Positions 46,401 to 55,900 of a stretch of DNA of 64,000 bases are shown here, piece by piece. Source of the stretch: a virus; the IMG/VR virus record IMGVR_UViG_3300020468_000005, positions 1-64,000 of that record, one strand, 5' to 3'. A program made the translations under genes and the position numbers. Position 1 is the stretch's first letter, and every line of letters begins with the position of its first letter. The notes under the pieces were generated by a model. The model was given only the letters and a program-made list of their open reading frames with translations, searched no databases and was not told the DNA's origin.

Positions 46401-47200
46401 AGACAGCAAATACTTCTATGATGGGTGGTGGTGTCTTTATAACTGCTTCTCAAAATATTCCATGGGACGTATTAACACCACAAATTCAAAATCAAACTCA
46501 ACCAAAAACAAGTATCATTCCAAGAGTATTGGGTACAAGTGGTACTTCATGTGGTCCTGATAGCGATGGGGGTAATTCTGGTTTAGAGACTTCTTTCGTT
46601 AAAGATACTACTTATCTTGATGTGGTTATTGGAGAAGAGAATTACTTCCCTGCTACTAAGATTATTGCTAACCAACTCAATGAGATTAACCGTATGAATA
46701 ATGTGAAGTCGTTTACTATGGAGTTGGATTTAGAATCTGAGGTATCTCACCTATCTCCTGTGATTGATCTATCTGCTGTATCAATTATTACAACAGCAAA
46801 TATCATTAATAACCTTGAACCTACTGCTAATATTGGTAGCGAATGTGCAGCAAATTACATTACTAAGGTTGCTCGAATGGATAAGAGTGCCACTGGATTG
46901 AAGGTTATGCTTACTGCTAACACATGGACACAATCCACTATTAGAGTGATGTACAAGTTAGTACCTGTTGGTTATGCTGGTGCTCTTGATGATTTACCTT
47001 TCCAATTCTTTAATACTACAGGTATTCCAGACAGCGGTATTATTACACCACAGAATGATCTCTTTACATTTACTGATTATGAGTATACAATAGATGATAC
47101 TGAGGACTTCGATGGATTCCAAATCAAAGTAAGTTTCATTGCTTATTCTGAACCATATATACCGAGGATAAAAGACTTCAGAGCAATCGCTTTAGCATAA
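40493..47200 (+). CDS. Large virion structural protein (DUF4815 / VrlC-like)
   Basis: PYFDDF...VLFKPG.PVQARELTTLQS, APGADR and DPLAQTF motifs. Confidence 0.85.
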   Translation: MAQNTNLNIAPYFDDFDDSKGFLKVLFKPGYPVQARELTTLQSLLQNQIDSFGQGVYKEGAQVIPGGITLNKDVACVIIQNNYLNLDVELYRTQLDNLVLKGSTSGVRARVLFSISSTTSTRNNITFYINYLQKADDNVTTTFTDGETLTCESDITYAATTIAANTPLAQLLNSNANSKGSTANVGAGVYYTRGYFAPVHEQTLILDQYGTDPTYKVGLKVEEKIITADEDESLYDNAIGSTNFSAPGADRFKINLTLIKKNLADPNSADFIELLRTNVGEIEKKVERSDLGFIQDVLATRTKEESGDYYVKKFEIDARENLNDGFNNGVYDAGATTGDGNTADEANIAIQLSSGQAYISGYRTERLSTTYKDVAKPRTFVGENNKYIATDIGNYVFMTNGHKAPAIYEIINLRDEITGTPGTAAGNIIGQTRVLNFSYESGTVNNQSTVYRTNLVDTKFFTRLDCQSNVNWQLGDFVVGRTSGATGFVAITNSSSQVGYLSDVIGTFTQNEQLDLNAASSGTNIGQLDNNTSAVKSYNFSDVKSYSFGSNGTADAVLDVKVALPGSGPIISSQSGSGTSQTATVTATLSNFNVQLKVGDIVEFTNANIAHKVKVTAVTDAFSFTIQKIEAGAGNMTDSAITGQIVRSRPEVKDAQKNKLVTALGYDAVKNTNKNNTQNPTGSFRKYFAGGAASGGQLGFNAGSGLVFTNTNNNDTFLLINNTNGDLLQAPSTDVATGQNVQVSGLSGTNNYSLIATVSASDRSAKGKTTERMKILKIDKSFAAGVNGLTQENATGDGYGYRVDDARISLGSGDVFKIKAIYEANGSTATADNTIPNMQFTNLVGTLSTDEVITGDTSGARGRIVAVGGNSNQIYFIPVEDDKFTDGETVTAPNATLKLIAGTVQSGGKNITDSYDLDDGQRDQFYDYSSIVRKSGYAAPTHQVLVIYDRFLTTAGINPYTVDSYDTADYKIIPNYDGEELRDSVDFRPIVPEKLANTGSVTSPFTLNGTEFFDFGSRAFTGNETGVPGPGETTIISLEHYLARVDKVFMNKDNEIQVVKGAPSTNPVEPEDIEDAMLLATINYNPYVFDVDKDVSIRETNFKRYTFRDIQQLEDRIKTLEYYTQLSLLESETASMEIRDTSGLSRFKNGFVVDNFASLSTSDTLHRDYRVSLDFDEGQCRPSHYTTQVPLTFSTASTNVQQTGDLVTLPYTSTVLLDQPYSSGVENVNPFNVFTYVGDIQLHPESDNWVDTKTLNPVKGPVVEGNFLTTVREYNADQNGFSPTQWNSWKTTWTGKTKSVDVGSWRRRTKRSRVRTITTTRTTTRKQTRTGIRYRVTPVIEQKSLGNKVVSVDHIQFMRSRNIEFNCKKLKPRTKFFGFFDGIALPTKLVTPKIIGLTKDSSSDSKTNNIPFQVGETVYVNSAGSPGFTPKKGFRFKARVAAPNEGFEINPLDGTDIQSTNDYTSNLGFLNIDTKSLADQAKGTYYGSPKINDYIIGETSGAIAKVTSKDLISDKRGKLRGSFFIDSPKGTGNLKFKTGNKLFRLTDDASDSKVIGVSDSSAEVEFTSSGILQTVQDQIISVRNAKVTSEEMFDSRTVKDTKQSKKNEVRFCDPLAQTFLIEDSSLEGGVFLTKIDIFFFTKDEEIPVSLDIRTVVNGNPTQIIVPLSKVIKDPEDVFISADASKPTSFEFESPVYLPFRQEHAIVLTSDSNQYKVFISILGEDAIDAAHAGEKISEQPYIGVLFKSQNASTWTPSQYEDLMFKIYRAEFALPSTSSNSKLVLENAQLGESNGGFLNLAANSMQMTAGQDEIRVFHGNHGMQSPLNYVQISGVTSEVPDTALTSTISTTGTSTFTVTNAALFHTTMGGSAISNSNPGFVRILGEAEDGSGDEIIAYSGINSNTITIASNGRNHSGSAGGSTGLSHSSGAIVQCYNLNGIPLTSINATHTAPGGIISINSPHSYNLKVTGKTANTSMMGGGVFITASQNIPWDVLTPQIQNQTQPKTSIIPRVLGTSGTSCGPDSDGGNSGLETSFVKDTTYLDVVIGEENYFPATKIIANQLNEINRMNNVKSFTMELDLESEVSHLSPVIDLSAVSIITTANIINNLEPTANIGSECAANYITKVARMDKSATGLKVMLTANTWTQSTIRVMYKLVPVGYAGALDDLPFQFFNTTGIPDSGIITPQNDLFTFTDYEYTIDDTEDFDGFQIKVSFIAYSEPYIPRIKDFRAIALA

Positions 47201-47424
47201 TGGAAGATAAAATACTTGATCTAATCCCTGTCGAAGGACATAACTCCCTCGGCAGGGATGCTGATTCTAATGCAATCGTCAATACAGACGATAGTGCATA
47301 TGACGCTTATATAAAAGCAAGAGAAAATGCACGCAACAAAGATCGCACTTTAGATGACTTGAAGAGAGAAGTTGACGAACTTAAAGACCTTATAAACGAC
47401 TTAATACAGAAAGAGGATAAATAA
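47200..47424 (+). CDS. Conserved small coiled-coil protein
   Basis: VEGH..L.RD..SNAIVN.D...Y..Y motif. Confidence 0.75.
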   Translation: MEDKILDLIPVEGHNSLGRDADSNAIVNTDDSAYDAYIKARENARNKDRTLDDLKREVDELKDLINDLIQKEDK

Positions 47425-47438
47425 AGTTAAGCTAAATA
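47417..47438 (+). promoter_or_regulatory. Tandem late promoters
   Basis: ATAAATA (47417) and CTAAATA (47432). Confidence 0.6.
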
Positions 47439-47458
47439 TTATATGGAATTCTTAGAGA

Positions 47459-47797
47459 ATGGCAAGTGCTGTATCCAACCTACTAATATATCAAGGTTCT
47501 GACTTTATCATCGACTTCACAGTTGAGAATGATAATGGCACAGAATTTAACCTTACAGGATATACAGTAGCAAGTTTGATAAAGAAACACTACACAAGTA
47601 GTACTTCTCAAACTGTAACGTCTGCAGTCCTGACTCCTACAACGAGTGGAAGAATACAATTATCTCTAACTAATTCCCAGACCGCTGCTATGAAAAGTGG
47701 ACGGTATGTGTATGATGTCGTCATAACTTCAGCATCTGGTATCAAGTCCAGAGTGTTAGAGGGTTCAGTAAGCGTACTTGAGGGGGTAACACTTTAA
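47459..47797 (+). CDS. Ig-like / BppU-like virion protein
   Basis: NL.I.QG.DF...LTGY...G.I.LSL...T....GRYVYDV...R..EG motif. Confidence 0.75.
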   Translation: MASAVSNLLIYQGSDFIIDFTVENDNGTEFNLTGYTVASLIKKHYTSSTSQTVTSAVLTPTTSGRIQLSLTNSQTAAMKSGRYVYDVVITSASGIKSRVLEGSVSVLEGVTL

Positions 47798-48019
47798 ATG
47801 GCAAGATTAAGATTTGGGGACCAATCAGTCCCAAGAGTAACTCGTGTCGCCACTGGTGGTGGCGGTGGCACGATTGGTGCTATGTCAGACGTAGATTTGA
47901 CAGATGTATCACAAGGTGGACTAGCAGAAGGTTCAGTGCTTGTGTATGATTCAGCAGCAACAAGATTTGTCGCCACGAATGTTTTAAATCACGTAACAGT
48001 AAACGGGGGTAGCTTCTAA
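47798..48019 (+). CDS. Small structural protein
   Basis: DVD....EGSVLVYD...F...NGGSF motif. Confidence 0.7.
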   Translation: MARLRFGDQSVPRVTRVATGGGGGTIGAMSDVDLTDVSQGGLAEGSVLVYDSAATRFVATNVLNHVTVNGGSF

Positions 48020-49704
48020 TGGCATCCAATATTCTAATTAAAAGGAGTACTGGTTCAACCGCACCTGGTAGTATTACATTTGGTGAACTCGCCATTACTA
48101 CAGGAGCAAACGGAACTCAGGCAAACGCAGGAGACAGACTATTCATTGGAGACAATAATGGTGCTGCACAGATTGTCGGTGGTAGATATTTTATGGACAT
48201 GTTGGATCATGTTCATGGTACATTAACTGCTAGTTCATCTGTAATAGTCGATAGTAATTCAAAAATTGATCAGTGGAATGTTGACGACATCACCCTTGAT
48301 GCAAATGTCATTACAACATCTACTACTGATGCTGACCTTATCTTCCGTGCAAATGGTACAGGTAAACTGGTTATTGAAGATGGTCAGGAACTAGAGTTTG
48401 GAACTACAGGAGATGTAGAACTCTCATATAATGACTCAGATGCAGTTTTAGACATCAAGCGTGTAGCAGGTACCCCCGACTTGCGTATTGCTGATGATAT
48501 GAAACTAAACTTTGGTAATACAAAGGATGCTTCTATCAGATATGACGAGACAACTTCTGACAAGATTCAAGTAGAAGGTGCAGACTGGAACTATAGTACA
48601 GGTGTACTAGTCAACTATGCTGATACTACAGATGCTTCTAACGTTGCCACAGCAGGTGTTACATTTGCGGGTGGTATTGGTGTAGGAGCTACTGCATGGA
48701 TCAAAGACCTTAAGGTTGATGATAATACAGTTCTTGGTACTGCTGATACAGATACACTGGAAGTTAATGCAACAACTACCTTCCAGAATGGTGTAACCTT
48801 TAATGGAACCACAAACATTTCTGGTAATACATCTCAGACTGGTTCTATTGAAATTGATAACCTTAAGTTAGACGGAAACGTACTTTCTACTATTAATAGT
48901 ATACAAGAATTGATTATTGACCCATTTCCTGCAGGTGGAGACGCTGATGGTTTGGTCATAATTAAAGGTGACCTTCAAATTGATGGTACAACAACTACTG
49001 TTAATAGTGCTTCAATGTCTGTTAACGATCCTACTATTGAATTAGGAGATCCCACTACACCGATCACAGTTAAAACTCTTGCTACCTTTGCGGGTAACGC
49101 AACAGTTGCTGTTGTAGTTGATGCAGTGGAGCAATTATCAGTCGGTGATTCAATCACTGGTACTGGTATTCCTGGTGGCACAACAATCTCTGCTATCAAC
49201 ACAGGTACAAAAACTATTACATTAAGTGCAGCAATTACTGCTGACCAAGTTGTAGGTGCTACCTTAGTTACAGTTAGAGGTGCTGATGATGCAATGGATC
49301 GTGGTGTTAAAATTCACTACAATCTATCTGGAACCAATAAATTTGGTTTCTTTGGTTATGACCGCACTGGTGGTGGTGACGGTGCAGGTGCTTGGACATT
49401 TATTGAAGAAGCAACTGACACAGGTACTGTTTTTGGTGTAACTGGAAACCGTGGTACTGTTCTTATCGGTGATCTTGAACTAGACACTGACCTTGAAGTT
49501 CAGTTTGGTGGTACTGGTGCAGGTACATTTACCTCAAATGGTATCGTATATGGTAATGGCACAAGTCCTCTACAGGTAACTGCAGAGGCTAACATGGCAT
49601 CACCTGGTACTGGAAATGATGCTACTACATCATATCAAGTATTGACTGTTACTTCAGCTGGAGTCCCAGTCTGGACAAACACCCTCGATGGAGGAACTTT
49701 TTAA
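48019..49704 (+). CDS. Tail fibre protein
   Basis: I.IKRS...P....GELA N-terminus; GDLQIDGTTTTVNS...V.D; LDGGTF end. Confidence 0.8.
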   Translation: MASNILIKRSTGSTAPGSITFGELAITTGANGTQANAGDRLFIGDNNGAAQIVGGRYFMDMLDHVHGTLTASSSVIVDSNSKIDQWNVDDITLDANVITTSTTDADLIFRANGTGKLVIEDGQELEFGTTGDVELSYNDSDAVLDIKRVAGTPDLRIADDMKLNFGNTKDASIRYDETTSDKIQVEGADWNYSTGVLVNYADTTDASNVATAGVTFAGGIGVGATAWIKDLKVDDNTVLGTADTDTLEVNATTTFQNGVTFNGTTNISGNTSQTGSIEIDNLKLDGNVLSTINSIQELIIDPFPAGGDADGLVIIKGDLQIDGTTTTVNSASMSVNDPTIELGDPTTPITVKTLATFAGNATVAVVVDAVEQLSVGDSITGTGIPGGTTISAINTGTKTITLSAAITADQVVGATLVTVRGADDAMDRGVKIHYNLSGTNKFGFFGYDRTGGGDGAGAWTFIEEATDTGTVFGVTGNRGTVLIGDLELDTDLEVQFGGTGAGTFTSNGIVYGNGTSPLQVTAEANMASPGTGNDATTSYQVLTVTSAGVPVWTNTLDGGTF

Positions 49705-49714
49705 AATTTGAATT

Positions 49715-49921
49715 ATGAATGCACAAATTGTTATTAACACATTACAAAAGAAAATTTCTGAATTGACATTAGTAAATGTGATGTTAGAAGCACAAATAGC
49801 TGACTTACAAAATCAGTTAAATAGTATGAATCAAGACCAAATTCCTGAGAATGCTCTAGATGGCAACGAGAATCAAGCTAAAGAGATCGACGACAGCAGC
49901 AGTCGTCCCGACAACTTCTAA
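49715..49921 (+). CDS. Small coiled-coil protein
   Basis: INTLQKKISELTLVNVMLEA; overlaps the next gene's start in another frame. Confidence 0.65.
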   Translation: MNAQIVINTLQKKISELTLVNVMLEAQIADLQNQLNSMNQDQIPENALDGNENQAKEIDDSSSRPDNF

Positions 49922-52900
49922 TTTAGAAGATGGCGAAATAGCTCTTAATATAGCGGATAGAAAACTATACGCTAGAAACGGATCAAATATAATAGAGGTT
50001 GCTAACCAGAAACCCAATACGGGTGAGGTGGTTACATCCATGCTTTCCACTGACATCACGAATGGTCAGGGGAATACTTATTATGTCGCGTCAGTAGGTT
50101 CAGATAATAATACTCTTGCTAATGGTGGTAATGCAGGTCTACATCCAGATACACCATTCCTTACTATTACAAAGGCACTTGGAACTGCCACAGCAGGTGA
50201 TACAATCATAGTTGCACCAGGTGAGTATCAAGAAACATTCCCAATGACTGTACCTGACGGAGTCACTCTTCGTGGTACTAATTTACGTTCTACATCTGTA
50301 AAACCAACAGGTGTTACTAATGCTAACACTGCATTTAAACTTTCAGGAGACTGTCACGTTTCCGATTTAACAATCAAAGATTTCTATTATGATAGTTCAA
50401 ATGATGACGGATATGCGTTTGAACTTATCACTTCATTAAATTCTACACAGAGTCCATATATCGAGAGATGTACAGTTAATACAAAAGGTAGTGTAACTAG
50501 TGCATCAGACCCTTATGGGTATGCACAGGGAGATGCAGGACGTGGTGCTAAGTTAGATGGTGCAAATATTGCAGCTGCATCACAGCATAGTTCTGTTTTA
50601 TTCAATGAATGTACATTCATTACACCGAATCAGATTGGTGTAATTGCAACTAATGGTATAAGAGTTGAGTGGTTAAATTGCTTTAACTATTTCGCATCCA
50701 TAGGTATTCAAGGTATTCAAGGTGCTACTGGTAAGTCTGGAACAGGTAATACAAGATTAAAACTAGGTGGAGTCAGTGGAACATACTCTACATCTGAGGT
50801 TACATATCAATTAGAGGACAGTTTCCAGTCAGGAACCTATGCTAGATCAAGTTCTACTGTTACATTGACAAGAACAGGACATGGTTTAGTAACAGGTGAT
50901 TACATCTACGCAGATCATATCAGTGGTTCTGCTACAGATAATTTTTATCAAGTTACAAAGGTAGACAATAATACAGTCACATATGCAGATGGTGCATCTG
51001 GAACAACATCTGGTAATGTTACTTACAAGAAGGCAGTTGCACGAGGTGTAGTTTCTAGTAATGATGGAACTTATATATTCATTACTGGTAAAGGAACTGG
51101 AGCATTTACTACAGTCAATAAATCCGCAAAAACTTTAAGTAGATTTGGTGACTCACAGTTAGATACAGCACAAAAGAAATTTGGAACATCATCTATATTA
51201 TTAGACGGAACTGAAGATAACGTAAAAGTTCCAACTTCAGAAGACTTTGGATTTGGTACATCAAACTGGTGTTTAGAAGCATTCATAAGACCAAACAGTG
51301 TAACAGGCATACAGCATATATTTGATTTAAGAGATGCATCTGGTACAGATACTGCACCAAAATTATACTTAAATGGCACAACCCTTCATTATGGAGTAGG
51401 TAATGCATCAACTCGTAGTGGTGGTACTTTATCAACTGGTACATGGTATCACGTTGCAGTAGCAAGACAGGGAGGAACCACAAAATTATTCTTAGATGGA
51501 GTAGAGTTAGGAACTGGTGCAGATACTAATGACTATGGTTCTACTAAACCAGTTATCATAGGTTCAGACTATCAAGCATCTCCTACTGAAGCATTTAACG
51601 GACATATTGACGAGGTAAGAATTAGTAAAGGTGCTGCTAGATTCACTGCAGGATTTACCCCTACAACAGGCGAATACTCATCAGATCTTAATACAGTACT
51701 ATTGCTTCATGCTAACGGTGATGACGCTTCTACGACCTTTACAGACGGGTCTGGTGGCACATCTGATATTAGATCAAGTGGTGGTGATTCTGCTACATCT
51801 GTTATCACTGCTGACTATTCTGCATTCGGTGCTGAGATGCGTTCAGTTGCATCTGCATGTGTATATGGAAGTAAAGGTGTACAGGCAGACGGTTCTGGTG
51901 TAAAACTTATATTGACTGCACATAACTTTGGTTATGTTGGATCTGGTTCAGACTATACTAATGACCCATCTCTTGCTGTACAGGCAAATGAGGTAGAAGA
52001 ACTTAACAATGGTAAGGTTCTATATTCTTCCACAGACCAAGACGGTGACTTCCGTGTTGGTGAAGCATTTTCTGTAGACCAAGAGACTGGTAACGTTCAA
52101 TTCCAAGCAACCTCTACTGCTCAGTCTGCTGCAAATATTACGTTAAGTGATGGAACTGGTACTACTAACATTTTCCCTGCATACATTGAGACAGGTAACT
52201 TACGTTTAGCAGGTAACAGTATTACTTCAACGACAGGTCAGGTAATCGTTGACCCTTCTGGTCAGGAAGACTTTGTTGTTAACGCTGAAACAATCGTTAA
52301 AGAAGCAGTTTACTTTGATGTTAATAAGTCAATATCATTTGGTAGTGTAATCCAAGGTGCTCTTAATATTGCAGGATTCCAAGACAGTACATTATTTGGT
52401 TCATCTGAAGCATCTTGCTTCTCTACAAGATCATTTGTTGTTCTTAAGAATGGTTTAGGTACAGTTACAGTTACTTCTGCAGGTACTGGATATGAGGGTG
52501 GACAACAATCCGTATCTGTAACATCAGATCCTTTCCAAAAAGGAACTGCCACAGCAGCATTAGCAACAACTGGTGCTATAAAATCAATTACGTTAAGTAA
52601 TAGAGGAAGTGGTTATAGTGCTTCTCCAGACATCACATTTTCATCTGGAGCTGCTGCAGCGACTGCTAATTTAGGTCAAGCAGGTAATGTTGTAGCCGCA
52701 GCAGTTGATTTTGGTGGTACTAACTATTCAGGACCTACTGCAGTCGTAGATCCACCTCCTCAAAATACATTTTCACCTAGTGGTACTGTTGTTGATACAA
52801 CTGCGAATACTATTACAATTTCTAGTCACAGTTTTGAAACTGGTGATCAAGTAACATATGATTCTCAAACTCTTGATGCTGGTGCAACATCTGTTGGTGG

Positions 52901-55900
52901 TCTTACTCATAACAGCACCTATTATATCATTTGGGTAGATACAGATACTATTAAAGTAGCAGCATCACTATCAGATGCAAACGCAGGAACTGAAATATCA
53001 TTGGGACCTGCTACAGGTTCTAACGATCAGTTCTTCATTGGAACATCTGCAACTCTTAATTTAGGACAAACAGGTGGTGTCATTGATAGTGTCACAATAA
53101 CTTCTGCAGGATCTGGATACCAATCAAACCCATCAGTTACTATTGCTGATTCAGGAACTGGTTCTGGTGCTGTATTAACTACAACTCTTGGATATACTGT
53201 TCAAAGTATAACTGTATCAGATGGTGGTCAATACACATCTGCAACTTTACCAACTATAACATTTGCTAATGCTGCTGGTGATACTACAGGATCTGGAGTT
53301 GCAGGTTCACCTGATATAGGTTTCCCTGTTGAAACTCTAACTGTAACTGGTAACGGTCTGGGTTATAGAAATACTCCTGGTGTTACATTTACTGGTGGTA
53401 CTCCCTCTCAGGAAGCAAATGCTACTGCAGTTCTTGATGAAAAGACTGGTAGACTTTCCTCAATTACTCTTGATAGTGGTGGTATTGGATATTCATCTGC
53501 TCCTACTGTTGAAGTAACTGGAGGTGGTGGTAAAGATGGTGTTGTTAATATTGATATTCAATCAATATCTGGTACTATTACATCTTCTGGTTCTGGATAC
53601 TTAGCAGGTTCATATCCAAACGTACAGTTTACTGGTGGAGCTCCAACTACAACTACAACTGCCACATTCGTAATTCCTGGTTTTAGTGGAAGTATCACAA
53701 ATGGTGGTTCTGGATATACTGATGGTACATACCAAACAAACTTTAGAAACGTACCAACTGCAACTTATACAGTTACTGTTGTTCAAAGAGATAAATTAAA
53801 TCTTTCTAATATTACTGGTGGAACATTTGCTGTAGGTAATACTGTTACTGGTTCTGTTTCTGGTGCAACTGGAACAGTTACTAAGGTTCTTACTGATGCT
53901 GTTTTTGTTAACAACGTAACTGGTTCATTCTTAGATGCTCAACAAGAAAATATAGCTACTGGTGGTGTTAGTGCTCAACTTGATTCATTGAACCTTGCTA
54001 CTAATAGGTACTTGATTGACACAGGATCAGGACCTGTTGAAGCTCCATCCATTACACTAGTTGATAATAATACATATCGTTTTGATCAGAGTGACTCTAG
54101 TAATGCTACTCATGAATTAGCAATACAGTCAGTAACTAACGTTACTACAAGAAATGCAGGTACTGCAGGTACTGCGGGTGCATATTTTGAAATGATAGTT
54201 GGTTCTGTGTCTGGAACTACTACTGACGGTACATATCAATGTGTTCAACATGGTGTTGCCATGAGTGAACCAACTCCTAACTTAACATTTACATCTGGTT
54301 CTTCAGGTAACTCTGGTGATCAGATGACTGGTGATTTCACAGTTAGTGGTGGAGCAATAACTTCACTTTCTATATTGACACAAGGTTTAGGATATGCATT
54401 AAATAACCAGTTAACTGTAGATCCTGGTGATGTTGGTGGTACTGGTTCTGGATTTATATACACTTTGAATAGTGAACAGACTGGAGTTACAGCAGTTAAT
54501 GATATATCCCTAACAGGTGCAGGTTATAATATTGGTGATGTTCTTTCAGTAGATGATGCTACAGTTGGTGGTGGAGGTGGAGCTGGATTCCAGTTCACAG
54601 TTAATAACGTAGGTTTTGCAACTGGAGCTACAGTAACCACACCAGGTACTGCATTTGAAGCAGCTGACGCTCCGATAATAGGTAACGTTGGTGGTGACCA
54701 AGCAGTTCAAGGAACAGGTTTAGTTTTAGACATTGCTACTATTAGTAGTGAGAAAAATATTGAGTTAACTCAAGAAGGTCTACTTACTTTAGGACCTACT
54801 GGTGGTGCTCAGGTAATAATGAATCCAGATGGAACTACAACTGCAGCAAACTGGAATATATCAGCAGCTGGTGGTTCTACATTTACAACTATAGCTGGTA
54901 CAACTGGAACGTTTAGTTCCACGCTAACTGTTCAGAGTACATCTACCTTTACTGGATTGGGAACATTCAATGGTGGTATAACTGTAAGTGGTGCTTCAAG
55001 TAGCATAGACCAAGCAACAATTAAACTTGATGATGGTGCAGAAGCAACTCCAACGCTAACATTTACTAATTCTAATACTAGTGGATTCTATAGATCTGCA
55101 AGTAACACAATTGGAATTACTCTTGGTGGAACTCAATTTGGTGAGATTGGTGCTTCTAGAGGTATAGATGCAAAACTATTCCAAGCAGATGCTACAGTTG
55201 GTAGTCTAACTCCATTCTTCAAAGTAGATACTGCTAACACTAAGGTACAGATAGGACCTGCTGCAGCACAAATAGAAATTGACAATACTAATACTATTTT
55301 TGGTAATGGTTCAGATATTAATGTACCACTAAACTTTGATACCAAAGGTGAAGGTAATTTTGTATTTAAAGGTGGCACAAATGTTGACTTCTCTATAACT
55401 GATGGTACTGATGAAAAATTAAAAATTGATACTGGAACTGGTGATTTAACTGTTAGTGGTAACTTAGATGCTGGTCTTTTACGTATTCTTGATAATGTAG
55501 TTCAAAACAATAGTTCAACAGCAACAAGATCATTTGGTCAAATTCTTGCAGTATCAGTTACAGGAACTGGATCTGGATATACTGACGGAACATACACAGC
55601 AACTGCAACAACTTCATCTGGAATTGGAACTGGATTGACTCTAACAGTCACAGTCGCTAGTGGAGACTTCTCAGCAGTAACTGTAGTTGCGAAGGGTCAA
55701 AATTATGCAGTAGGAGATACCATTCTTATAACAGCAGCAGGTGGTGGATCTGGTAGAACAATTACCGTTAGTGATGTTGATGGTACTGGTGTTGCGATCA
55801 AACCTTCTTCAGGATTTGATATTCTTTGTGATACTACTGGTTCACTTATAGTTCCATCAGGAACTACAAACGAACGTCCTAATGCATTAGATCGTAGATC

